A DNA stretch of 63,326 bases, counting the filler, from Nemertoderma westbladi (lineage: Eukaryota; Animalia; Xenacoelomorpha): assembly GCA_032718475.1 (NCBI GenBank). It is 3 parts of 3 records of this genome, joined end to end, with 100 filler letters (N's around TTAATTAATTAA, not from the genome) between each part and the next. Parts side by side here need not be neighbours in the genome. Positions count along the whole stretch, not along the records: positions 30,502 to 53,313 come from JAUCBJ010000833.1; positions 53,414 to 63,326 come from JAUCBJ010000542.1; 1 more part is not named here. One strand, given 5' to 3'. Shown here piece by piece: positions 47,365 through 59,334 of this stretch. The position numbers and the translations under genes were made by a program. The notes under the pieces were generated by a model. It was given only the letters and a program-made list of their open reading frames with translations. It did not search any database and was not told the DNA's origin. Positions within the stretch are counted from its first letter, which is position 1. The number at the start of each line of letters is the position of its first letter.

Positions 47365-48148
47365 GCTGTACAGTATATTGGTGACTGCATTCTGTGGTAC
47401 CATAGCTCCCAGTATTTATATTTTTTGTTTGATAAACTTTTGTTTATATTTGAATAAGTTTCTTTATTATTTGTTATTTTATTGTTTTGTATATTACTGA
47501 TATATATTATAAACTGTATATTTTGTCTATAATAATTAATTAATGCCGTTACAGGGATCACACTGGAAATATTTATTATCTTGTAGCCTTGTATAATACT
47601 CCTAAAAAAGTAAAATAATCTGTTTAGATTAAATCTAATAAAATCTATAACTTTAGTAGAATACATTCCTTTGCGTTTTAAGTTGATCTAGTAAATAGTA
47701 ATATCACGATACAACGAATGAACAGACCACCTGGATATATTCTAACTAATGTACCTTGGAAAGGAACTGTGTTTGGCTTTTCCAACTCGGCATAAATATC
47801 AACTTAAACTTAACAATGTCCCTGGTGACGTTATGATTTAATACTTTCTACTATCTCATTTTTAATGTTATATAAAATTGTATAGGCCTATATATAATAT
47901 TGTTTGTAAGATGTAAGAATGTAATTAGCATGTGCTGCTGTTGTGAAGTATTTTTTTATATTTTCAACCCCATTTGTTCATATTATCAATAAATATATTG
48001 GTTTCAAATATGAATTTAAATTATATTGCAAATTTTGTAATGTTGCTTATAAGTGGGTACCTGACGGCAAATACAATAATTTTTACAACAAACAACCCCC
48101 CTCGCGACATCCCTACGGCATAAAGAACTATTTACATACCTTAAGAAT

Positions 48149-49887
48149 TAGGGATGTCCCGGAATCGATATTTTGATTCCGGCCGGAACCGGAACCGGAA
48201 TTCAACACCGGAACCGGAATTTTCTATAATTAGTGAAATACACTAAATGACCCATGAAACTGTATAATTTTTTGTGAAACAAATGAATTTTTTTAATTTC
48301 TACAGCTAAGTTTGATAATGAGATGAATCAGAACCTTGGGGGGAATTAAGGTGGGTTGAGTGGAGAATGGCCTGGGCCATTATGGCCTATTATGGTGACG
48401 GGATGGTACTTCGGCATTATTCAATATCATTTTTTTTCTAAAATCTATAACTTTGGCCAAAGGTTAGGTTTTTAGCCTTTAGACTCATACCTAAAAACCT
48501 ACGTTAAACAAAAACCTATGGTTTCGCGTCAGTAGGTCCTTTGGTGCAATATCCTGGTGTCTTTAAGGGAAAGGAGCATGTTACCGAGACATGTTATTCG
48601 AACCAAAACAATAAACGAGGCCACTAGTACATCACATGTTACAGTTTAATTGTTGCTGGGAATAAATAGATTTATGGTAAGAAATGGATTTGCTGTAAAT
48701 AGAAATTAAACCACTATATTATGCAGCACCTACGACGCAGGACTGAACTAACGACAACTCGCAGGACCTGTACGTATTGTAATAACGTTTTATATTTATA
48801 TTAGTTTTAGGTTAAAGTAGTAATTGTAATTGTGTTAATCGTTAATCGAGTTTCATTGCTAACTTTACAAGGTTAGCAATTTATTTAGCCTCCTGTAATT
48901 ATCATATTATTTAATAATTAATTCAATGTAAAATAATGTACAAAATCAATGTCAAATAATGTAAAATCAATCTAAAAAAACGCCATTTTATAAGCAAATT
49001 GTAATAATTAAATTGGAAAAACTACCCGCTAAGGCCCTTGCTCCACTGGTAAGTCTTATGTAGTCTTAGTCAGAATAAATTATGGAACACATTGGTTTCA
49101 ATGTTAGCGTCTCCACTGGTAAATCGTAAGTTACGACCGATGAGTCGAAAGTGATTATGTCCCATGTTCCATCTTTTGACACATGTGTGTTATATCCGGC
49201 AAGATGCCTGTGATTGGTTACTTTGGGTATAAATATGCAGTAAATGTGAGACGCATCTTATATTTTCTATCAAATAACTTATGACTTGTGTTACCAATGG
49301 AATGGAGCAAGCAAGGAGGCATTCATTTTGAGATTCTGACTAAGACAAAATCTGAAAACGACTTACCAGTGTTACGATGAAATGTGTTACATATACCCAT
49401 CAGGACTGAATTTACTTTAATAAACAGGGTGGCTGAGAATTTTCCTTCGTTAGATAGGTTAATTTTGTTCCACCTTGGTGTAGTGGTTGCATTGATTTCC
49501 AATCTATCTGGAGGTCGTGGGTTCGATCCCTGCATGTGGGCCAAGACAGTCTTCGATTCGACACGAATGGTTTGAAGGGGCTAACCAGGGGACATCTATG
49601 CCTTTCATCCTTAAATGTTAGCTCTAACGGTCGAAGAAATCTTTATTTCTATACTTGTTTACAAGTGTTGAAAAGTATCTTAAACTAATTGGTAATATTG
49701 TTTAAAAAATATATAAATGTTGATAATAATTTAACAAACTAATTGCAACTATCAAACTAGATATGAACCTTGCAATTCCGGTAAAATTCCGGCCGGAATT
49801 GACCCCATTCCGGCAATTCCGGCCGGAACCGGAATCGGGCAAAAACCGCCGGAATTCCGGCCGGAACGGAATTCCGGGACATCCCTA
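48149..49887. mobile_element. Non-autonomous hAT-type element
   Basis: Perfect 17-bp TIR TAGGGATGTCCCGGAAT, (CCGGAA)n subterminal repeats, 8-bp TSD TTAAGAAT at 48141-48148 and 49888-49895. Confidence 0.92.
49470..49545 (+). mobile_element. tRNA-derived SINE-like head inside the hAT element
   Basis: A box TGGTGTAGTGG and B box GGTTCGATCCC at tRNA-like spacing; no intact cloverleaf. Confidence 0.55.
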
Positions 49888-51832
49888 TTAAGAATATATA
49901 CCGGTAGGTGTCTATTTAAATTAGTCCTCCATTATCAAGTTGAACTTTCTTGAAATTTCTGAACTTTCATGTTGAACAGCTTTTATTACAATATTTCAGT
50001 AATTTTCTAAACGGGTTTTATTATTAGTTCCACTTTATTAGATTTTATAGAATTTACAAATGATGGGGGTGTGGTGTCGGTGTGTTTGTCGGAAGCCAAT
50101 TAATATACCATGACTTAATTAAACACGGGCATTTAAAGGGCGGCGATGGTAGAATTGTAGCTGTTTGCTGGTGATGGATCTTACAGTTTCCCAAATCTGT
50201 TCTACTCATATTGTAGGGGTAATCTTTGTTGTTTCTCTTTAAATTACGCATAATTTATTCAGTCACGCACTCTGGTTGTTGGTATAAAGTTCATACTCCA
50301 AAGATATAAACTCAATATGATTTCTGCATCCATCCATATAAATAGTAATATATGCAATAGGCATGGGTGATCTTGCTTACAAGAAACACCTGGCTTATAT
50401 ATAGTAAATGCTGCCAGCACAGCTAGCTTATTAATATGGGGCGTTTCACGCAAATAAAACCCTCAGCGGGCAGTCTCACTGACCTGACAGTCTATTTAAA
50501 TTTTAAGTGGTTCTCTTTATCGTCCTATATCGCGTAATCTAAAACACGATAAACTCTACCCTAAGGAAAAATGTCATTTATAATTTACAATTTGTATTTT
50601 TGTTTATACCATGAGCTTAAAATACATTATAGTATATTCTGGTACTGGTTGAGTCAACATCAGCTGTTTCTTGTCGACACTGCAACTTTCTTATTTTCCA
50701 TTAACCTAATTCTTAGTTTTATTATCATTCTTATTTGGCGATTTAGTGGTGGAATAAGTCAATAAAGCAGGAAAGCAGCCATTGAATTAATTTCCATTTT
50801 GTAAAAAAATATCTTCAAACTATAGCCTATGATAACATCAAAAGTTTTATCATTTCTATTGCGCTTGAGAATGAGCCTATGAGAATTAAAACAACGTGAT
50901 TAATTTGGATAGATAATTAATTAATGTTCATTAACTAAATGTGGAACCGGCTTGTTTAGGCGTATTTTTATATATAGTAACGGACGACGTATATGGTAAT
51001 GATATTTTAGCCATAATATATTTCAGAATATAAAATAAATATAATTAGCTCCTTTACAATGGTACAGAAAATGAAGACTCTTAGAACATCATCGTCCTTC
51101 CGTATGTCCAATAATTTCAAATCATTTCCCGACACACAATTCCATTCAATATCTTATAGTTGACCAATTGTAGTCAAACTTCGTTTATCCTCTTTATAGC
51201 CTTTTTATTTTTAGATTGCCGGTCTTGTAATATGAAAGTCCTAGGACCGACGCTCACTCAGGGCGCTAATAGATTTTGCAATATATAATTCTTCTTATAA
51301 TGGATTCCGACACACACAGACTGACACGCGCACCCCGACATTATGAAAAACGGTTATAGTAGAATTATAACTGTTCTATAATGGCCTGCGCAACATCCCC
51401 TACATTAACAATAAAATCTCATGTATAATTTTAATATCTATCCTAGTAAAAGGTCATCCCCTGTTCTTATTAACCCGATTGGTGCCTATGTAATTTCCGT
51501 GTATATTTGAATATAGGTGGACCAGTGTTGAGTTACGTTTGCAAACACTTTCGCGCTACACTTGAAGTCTGAATCGAAACTGTCCCCAGATGCCACTCTG
51601 TTGTTTGAATTACGGGGTGTTATTGAGCCGGATCGATATAATTTATCCCCCCCCCCCCCCCCCCCCTCCCCAACCAACCACATCACATTAAAATAGATTC
51701 CCAGGTTATTCACCTGCGACTTCCATTATGCATCAAACTAAATTCCGAATGTTGCTACTGAAAATGTTTATTAGAATTATGCTTCCGTTGATCTCTGCTT
51801 ACACATATATCAATAGACATATCACTAGGACT

Positions 51833-51879
51833 CGCCCATGTGAAGAATACCAGGATTTCACTTATTCTTTACATGGGCC
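51833..51879. mobile_element. 47-bp minimal TIR element (same family as 26299-29739)
   Basis: CGCCCATGTGAAGAATA-CCAGGATTTCACT-TATTCTTTACATGGGCC flanked by 8-bp TSD CTAGGACT (51825-51832 and 51880-51887). Confidence 0.85.
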
Positions 51880-52179
51880 CTAGGACTTATTTCTCACATA
51901 AATTTAGCTCCGTTATTAAGACTCAGTGTACGATTTACTGCGGATTGCCGTCGTAAAGGGAAAGTCTGACCTCTCGATTGACAGTAGTGACTGTCATTCG
52001 TAGTAGTTGATTAGTACATGGTGGTGGTGGGGATAGGCGATATTATAAACTGTTGCAGGTTTCCGCACATACATAAAATCATCAAACGTATGTTTCTGTG
52101 GCCTCACCTTTCTAAATATTGTCCAACACTTTTCCCGCAATTTCTCACAATCCTCATTCACATATCAGATCTCGGCACT

Positions 52180-52790
52180 AATATAAAAATAGAAAAGTAA
52201 AAATAACGAGTGTTGAAAATTAACGTGATTAAAAAATATCGAGAGTAAAAATAACGAGTTTTGAAAAATATCGAGAGTAAAAATATTTTCATTTTGCGTG
52301 AGCATTTTATTTAGAATTATTGGACAATATTGCAGTGCATGGGTTACAGTGCATTTAGTGCAAAAAAATGGCATTAATACACCTTGGGTACCCATTTACC
52401 AGATTTATTATACTAGCTAGTTTTTGCTATTTTTTTTATAAATATAGAATATGTTCTACAGTAGCTATCAATTTTGATAATTTTTGTTCTAGAACACATT
52501 TTTTAGTTCCAGATCACTTTTTATATTTTTTAAAATAGCTAGTATTTTCTACTTCATTTTATAAATGTTATAGAACACGCGTAAGCTACCAATGTTAATA
52601 AATATTTTTGTTCTAGAACACATTTTTTTGTACTAGAACATTTTTAGGAAAAAATTATCAACCAACCCTTATTAAAAAAAATTGTTACTACCGATATTTT
52701 TACTCTCGATATTTATCAACACTCGATAATTTTACTCTCGATATTTTTCAGCACTCGATATTTTTACTCTCGATATTTTTCAATATAACC
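52180..52790. repeat. Inverted arms built of AATATCGAGAGTAAAA subrepeats (MITE-like)
   Basis: Motif direct at about 52235 and 52268 and inverted at about 52697, 52730 and 52760. Confidence 0.55.
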
Positions 52791-53313
52791 TAGTGGCTAT
52801 GGGTTTAGTGTTATTTTATGATAGTTGACTGCATAGCGTACAGTAGGTCGTTTTCAGTCATTTCCCATTTTGTCGTCGAGAACTATTCTTGTAACCTCAT
52901 AAGTATTATTGATTTATGTCACCAAATATATATTAAAGTCATTAAATTTGACAGCCAGACATCCACACATACGCCCAGTATGTTGTTCCATGCTGCTCAA
53001 GCTTTATTAATTTATTTATTTCTGTATTATACTGTATGTTTATTCATTTTAATATTTCCTGCCATTGAACGTAACTTCAACCCCCACGGATATTGTAAAG
53101 TACGTACCGTACAATTGATTAACCTTTGTCATGCGAATTTGACGCCATGCGAAGTGGTACTGTAAGAACAACACCAAACAGATGTATTGTATTGATCGGG
53201 TTTAAGAACATTTCAATTTAAGCTTTACTGATTATTGTGTACAAAGTCAGTCCTTTTCAGCTTTAATCTACGTTTCATAAGGGGCGCGCGTTAGCGTTAA
53301 CAAGATATGAATG

Positions 53314-53413
53314 NNNNNNNNNNNNNNNNNNNNNNNNNNNNNNNNNNNNNNNNNNNNTTAATTAATTAANNNNNNNNNNNNNNNNNNNNNNNNNNNNNNN
53401 NNNNNNNNNNNNN
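53314..53413. other. Artificial contig spacer N44-TTAATTAATTAA-N44
   Basis: Same structure as 30402-30501. Confidence 0.97.
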
Positions 53414-54723
53414 TGTGTACAGTTGAATGTCTACTGCTGTATTACAGTCTGAGCAAGTCTAGTAATTCAGTATTAACTGCTAGCCTAGTAATTAATTACC
53501 GATACTGCTACTCGGTGTAGCGTGATATATAATATATTAGAATACCGGTATGCTTATAGTATATATAAGTATTATTACAGACTAGGTTTATCTCAGAATA
53601 CCGGTATAATTTTAGCACAAATATATATAAATATATAATAGGCCTATCGGGAATACCGGTATACAGCTTACAATTTGTAGTATATATAATTCTGGACTAG
53701 AATTAATTACAAGTACCGGTATAATTTCAGCCTAAATTTACAGAAATAAAGATAATAGGCCTATCGTAAATACCGGTATATCAATTATTTTAAATAATTG
53801 AATTTCTGAACTTTAGGGTTACTTTGTTACTTTACTTTCTTTATTACCGTTATTTGAACAGTAGTCCAACTGATATTGAGACCTAATTGTTGTATGGCAG
53901 GCCTACTATTTATAAATCGTTTGAGTTGATTTATAATATATATATACCCGTTTTAATGGGTTTTGTCAATATTTGAAATAAATGTTATTATTTCTGGGGA
54001 GTAATCACTACACAAAGCGGTGCGCTTTCAGTGAAGTGTTACTTATAGGACACTAAAACAAATAATTCTAATTTACCTAAGTTACTTAATACTACAAATT
54101 ACGTACGATTCGGGTTGAGATTACAATCTCTAAATAAACACAAAAATTTACAAAAAACACAAAATACGAATTTCAGGGTAATTTTACAAGAAGTCTACAA
54201 ACCAGCCTAACAAAGGGTTAGAAAACCGGTTATTACAACGGACAGGGTACTACGGTATTTGAAATAATAAGTAGTAGTAAATACACTGCGTTGTCTAGAT
54301 AGGAAAATACCACCGCCTGACGACCTATAGCCGTATCGCTATAGGTTCTACGTTATGTATCACGGAGTGTTCCTACCTAGAAGTTAATAGAGCTAATCGA
54401 ATGTGCCTATCAACCACTTTACAACACAAATATAATGTCTACAATAATTACTTCGGAAAGTACTGTACACTAAACCCTAAATTAGGTACGAGTACTTGTA
54501 CAACAGATAATCAGTAGTTAAATATACTTGAACAGCTAAAAGAACCACGGCATCTGCTGGAGTGACCGATGCACAAAATCACCAGTCTTTACCTACGCCG
54601 AGCAGCCCGTGTAGTACCGGGGTTAATTTAACTATAGCGGTATGTATAACAAACACAATTACTGTAGGAACAAACTTAGGGAATGAATGTTGCGGATAAT
54701 CGCATAAACTCTGAATAATAAAT

Positions 54724-55290
54724 ATTACGCTACGCGTACAAACTACTCAAACAAAATACAGACCGAACACTGACAGACTACTATCAAGCCTAAACAAACT
54801 ACGGTATATGCAGACTCCGAAATGATTAGGGAGTATGCGCTCTAACCCAGTAGTGCGACTTATTCTTTAGTTGGGGGTTTACCTTACAGCGTTCGCTGCC
54901 CCTACTGCCTAACCGTACTTAATCGGACAGATGATCTACACACGCGGCAATCCGTTCAGACCTAATAACAGCCAGACAACTATCCAGCCTACAAATTATC
55001 TAAGTAAAATTATACGCTACCCGTACAGACTTACACAAACAAAGTACAGACCAAACGATGGCAGACTACTCTCAAGCCTAAATAAACTACAGGACATGCA
55101 GACTCCGAAATGATTAGGGAGTATGCGCTCTAACCCAGTAGTGCGACTTATTCTTTAGTTGGGGGTTTACCTTACAGCGTTCGCTGCCCCTACTTCCTAA
55201 CCGTACTTAATCGGACAGGTGATCTACACACACTGCAATTCGTTCGGACTTAACAGCAATCAGACAACAGCTCAGCCTACAAATCGTCTG
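54724..55290. repeat. Tandem duplication of about 288 bp
   Basis: GCAGACTCCGAAATGATTAGGGAGTATGCGC... at about 54810 and 55098; flanks more diverged than the core. Confidence 0.88.
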
Positions 55291-56714
55291 TACAATCTGA
55301 TCAGGCTTACACGCCTTCTGTTCAATACTGGCCTACAAATAAATAAAACTTGACAGAAATAAGTAAACCAGACCTACACCAAACCTGACCTACAGAATGT
55401 ACCGGTTCAGGTTTACCGGTTGACCGGTACTTTCAACTTTATTGCTTACTGCAACAAAGAAGCTATATCCTTTAATGTTCGCGCTTTCAGACCTTTGGCA
55501 GTTTAACCCACCAAATTAAGATGTCTTCTAGATATTAAATCGGTTTTTAGTCTATGACAAGTATTTGATTCACTACACTAGTCGAAACCAATCTGTGCGC
55601 GATCATTCACCCGCTGGATATTCCCGGGAGATTGGGTTCGACGGTTTAATTTTATTGCTATGTAAGCCTAATGTATTATTCGACTGACAGTATTATATAA
55701 TCTCTGACAATATTATTTACCTTCGGGAATATTAACAGTTCCTTTAGGACGTGGCGCTTTATCTATATAAACAGAGTTATGACTTAAACTACTCACAACG
55801 ATATGGCTTAATTATAATTCACATATATGGCGCATTCTTTAGGAATTGCTTCTTTAACAGACTCACTCATACACAATGCTGCACAATACTGCACACTAAT
55901 CTGCCAATCTTCACTGATTTTAGTCACATATAAAAGGAACACAGACTGACTCATGTAGGGTCTATCAAATAACATTAGATTCACTTCGAACCACTTTAAC
56001 ATAAGTCACAATCGTTTATCTGTAACCCTTCTCTCTTACCTTCGGTATATCAAGAATATTGGGTTTCGGGGTTATTTATCGTTATTCCAATACAATAATT
56101 CATCAACCAATATAATGAATAACCGACAACAAATAGCAGTATAAAACAACAACTGAACACTGATTGTTATGAGTTGCAATGTTTCAGCAGTCAGTATGTA
56201 TGATCAGTTAGCAGCGATTAAAAGTCAGGTAGTTAAAGGATATATGTCCTTATAATTAAACCTACTAGTGTAAGATTAAAAACTGAAAACACGGAGGTGC
56301 CAAAGCCGGTTCTTAGGCTCTGGGCAAAAACATAACACTGAACTACTGAGTTTCTGTATATACCTCCAACACAGAGACAACAAACGCTCTGATTGGTCAA
56401 CCTGAACAACGAGAGAACAGAGAAACAAAGAAACGTCGACGTGGCAATATCAGCTGCTAGCCGTCGTCATGGTAGCGACACTGTTTTCAAGAGTATCGAG
56501 CTTTTACGTCACGGAATTACGGATTATGTCCTCTAAAGTACAAATACAGAAGAAATAGCTTTTATGTCAGCTAAAACACCAGTACAGCAAGGACACGGCC
56601 TTTTTATGCCTGGTAAACCAACTACAGAGTACTTTACGGGAAAAATAAGGAAAAATAACCGGACAATTCAGCAAAAGCTTTTACACCACTGTTTGGTGGC
56701 CGTGCGTGGGAAGG

Positions 56715-56875
56715 AGGAAGAGACAGGTTGCATTGCTGATGGTGGCGTTGGCGGTGGCTTTGCGGGTGGTGGCATCACGGATGGTGGCAGTGGCATCATG
56801 GATGTTGGTGGTGGTGGTGGCATCGCGGGTGGTGGCAGTGGCATCGCGGATGGTGGTGGTGGAGTCACAAGTGGT
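56715..56875. repeat. GC-rich degenerate repeat (GGTGGTGGCATCRCGGAT), Pro-rich on the minus strand
   Basis: About 21-24-bp imperfect units adjoining the CRE-like fragment. Confidence 0.6.
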
Positions 56876-57039
56876 TGTGCAGCAGGCGAGCCAAGGACCA
56901 TCGACCACGCAGAGAGGACACGATTGTAGTAGGGGGAGGGGGCATCCACTGGAGACAGAAAGAGGGAGTAGGAGACCCCAAAGCAGGCAGCTGCTGAAGC
57001 CAGAAAGGCGGTGCGAAAGAAGATGCGCGCTGCACAGCT

Positions 57040-58412
57040 GAGGTCATCCAAGACGCCCACAATGTGCAGGCAGACAGGATTGAGCCCACGCCGAGTTGTC
57101 AAGATGGGTGTTGGAGATCTCCTGCAGGTTGCTCCGCTGCATGGAATCGTACTCCTCTATCAGCCCCGGGAAGTCGAAACACGGAGCCATTCTGAGGAAG
57201 TGTGTTAGTCGCGGGATTGTGAGTGAGCACCGCAGGAGGAACAACGCATGATGGGAGTAAAGGAGAGGTAGTCGGGAGACGGGTGTCTGCGAGTTTGTTA
57301 TTGAGACAGGAGACAATGGCGCTGTCTCCTATTGGTGTGCCTAGGATCTTCAGGTCTTCTAGTGGACGCATCTTAATTCCCTCACAGACCTCTACTCGTT
57401 GAACCCGTTGACTGGACTCAGGAGATTCCTCCCCAAGAAAGAAGAGTTCCGACTTGGAGGGGTTGATCCGGGGTTCGCAACGACCTCCCTCGAGGGTGAC
57501 GGACCAGAGGTCATCCAACACCAACCGGAAGTGGTCAGCGAGATTCCCATCATCCAGGTACCAGACGTTAAACTTCGACTGCAGCGACTGGATGAACGAA
57601 TTCACCACATCACTGAAAAGCCGAGGTCCGTCCATATCGTCTTGCTGAACTCCTACCTAAGAGAGGAGTGTATCCTCTCCATGGAGGAGAAAGCTAGGCG
57701 CTCTGTATGCCGCCAGAGTGGCTTTGTACACGCTGGGGTAATGCTGGTTCACGGTCTCGAGCATGGATTTCCACCAGATGGAGTTAAATGCATTGCTGAA
57801 GTCGAGTTTCAGCATCACACTACTGGGTGTCTTCGGGAAAGAGGAGAGTGCACTCGCTACATGGGCCACCACTCTGGCGCTGAGTTTTGTGCCAATCCCG
57901 AGCTGCACAGTGCCCTAGGAGGAGGTGCGGGGTCCCTAGGCAATGAAGCCGGAGTACTTCCCCGCCAATCGCCTCAGAGTGTTGCCAATGGCGATCAGCC
58001 ACACCCCACCCTCCGTCTTCATTAACACAAAGAGATTCACACTAGTAGAAGGTGGGGCGGATGGCGAGGGGAACTTTTCCGCAGATGGTGGTATCCAGGA
58101 ATCCCCCGAGACATTGTAGAAGACGGGCTGCAGCCTCTCTGTCGGTGGGGGAGATCAGATCTTTGAGTATTTGTGGCTGCAACCCATCTGGTCCTCCAGC
58201 ACTGCCGCTCACGAACAACAAAACGAGCAAAACAAAACAAGGCAAACATATCACTGAGGTCCACAGGAGGCGGGTTGTGACGGCGGTCGTGCGGGGTGTT
58301 TCTTCCGCAATGCTTCCGGTGTCTCCGGCGTGTTGGGTGCCAGTGAGTCCGCCGAGGATGCCAACTGGATGGCGCCCTTCACGTCGGAGTCCTCGATATT
58401 TTCGGCTACGGA
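57040..58412 (-). mobile_element. Decayed CRE-clade-like non-LTR retrotransposon RT fragment
   Basis: Frameshifted minus-strand motifs GSAGGPDGLQPQILKDL, QLGIG, KLDFSNAFNSI, WYLDDGN, LKILGTPIG. YLDD, DFxNAFN and QLG[IV]G are typical of CRE-type elements. Confidence 0.75.
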
Positions 58413-59334
58413 ATATAAATTGTTTGATTTGATAGATATAATTTTTGATTTGTTAATAGATATATGTGTTATACTCATGTTATATAATATCAGTGCCATT
58501 AATCACTATCTGTGTGGTATGCTCTTTTGTCTATTAAAAGAAATACATTTCTCCGTAGTTCAGCGGTGTATCAAACATGTATGTGATACGTATAAACTTT
58601 TGAAGACTCATTGAATAAATTCCACAAAGTTTCCCTTCTTGAGACTGCTTTTATATGTTGAAGATTTACAGCAATGGCGATATACGATAGAATGAAGAAG
58701 AGATCCAACCCATACTTAGAGACAAATCCTCTGATGCGCTGCCTGATGTTATATATAATCCCTTTCCTTCGCATCCCAACAACACGAGATATTGTCACTG
58801 AGGATTTCTATAGTCCTCTTCCAGAGAATTTGGGAGCGGAATACAATTACAATAAAATATTGAGATGTTTGAAGAACAAGGTAGGCAAACTTCCGTGATA
58901 CTGTTAATAAGCCTATTCTTTATAAATTCTGTATTATATTTATTTATATCATAAATACTCTATATAGGAAAATTTTAACACTCCCTATTCATACTGACTT
59001 TGTTACTTTGTTACTTTGTAGGCCTGATATCTAATGATAAGAAACACTATTACTATAGTGTGCAACGCCTGCACTGGCATATAAACGTTCCAAGCATTGT
59101 GGGGTTCTCAATCCCTTGTCCTTGCGGAGCAGGGGAGTAAAGTTATTAAATGGCCGCCACATCTGTTCAAGACAGGAGGATACGCTGGCATTGTCATGAC
59201 ATGCTAATCCTCTCAGCGATTGTAGAGACTGTCCATCTTTAAACCTTTGATTGATACTAACACTTAAAAAAGGCGGCACCATGCCGCCTTTAACATTCTA
59301 AATAATTCAGGACAATGTTCATTAAGGCGGCAAT

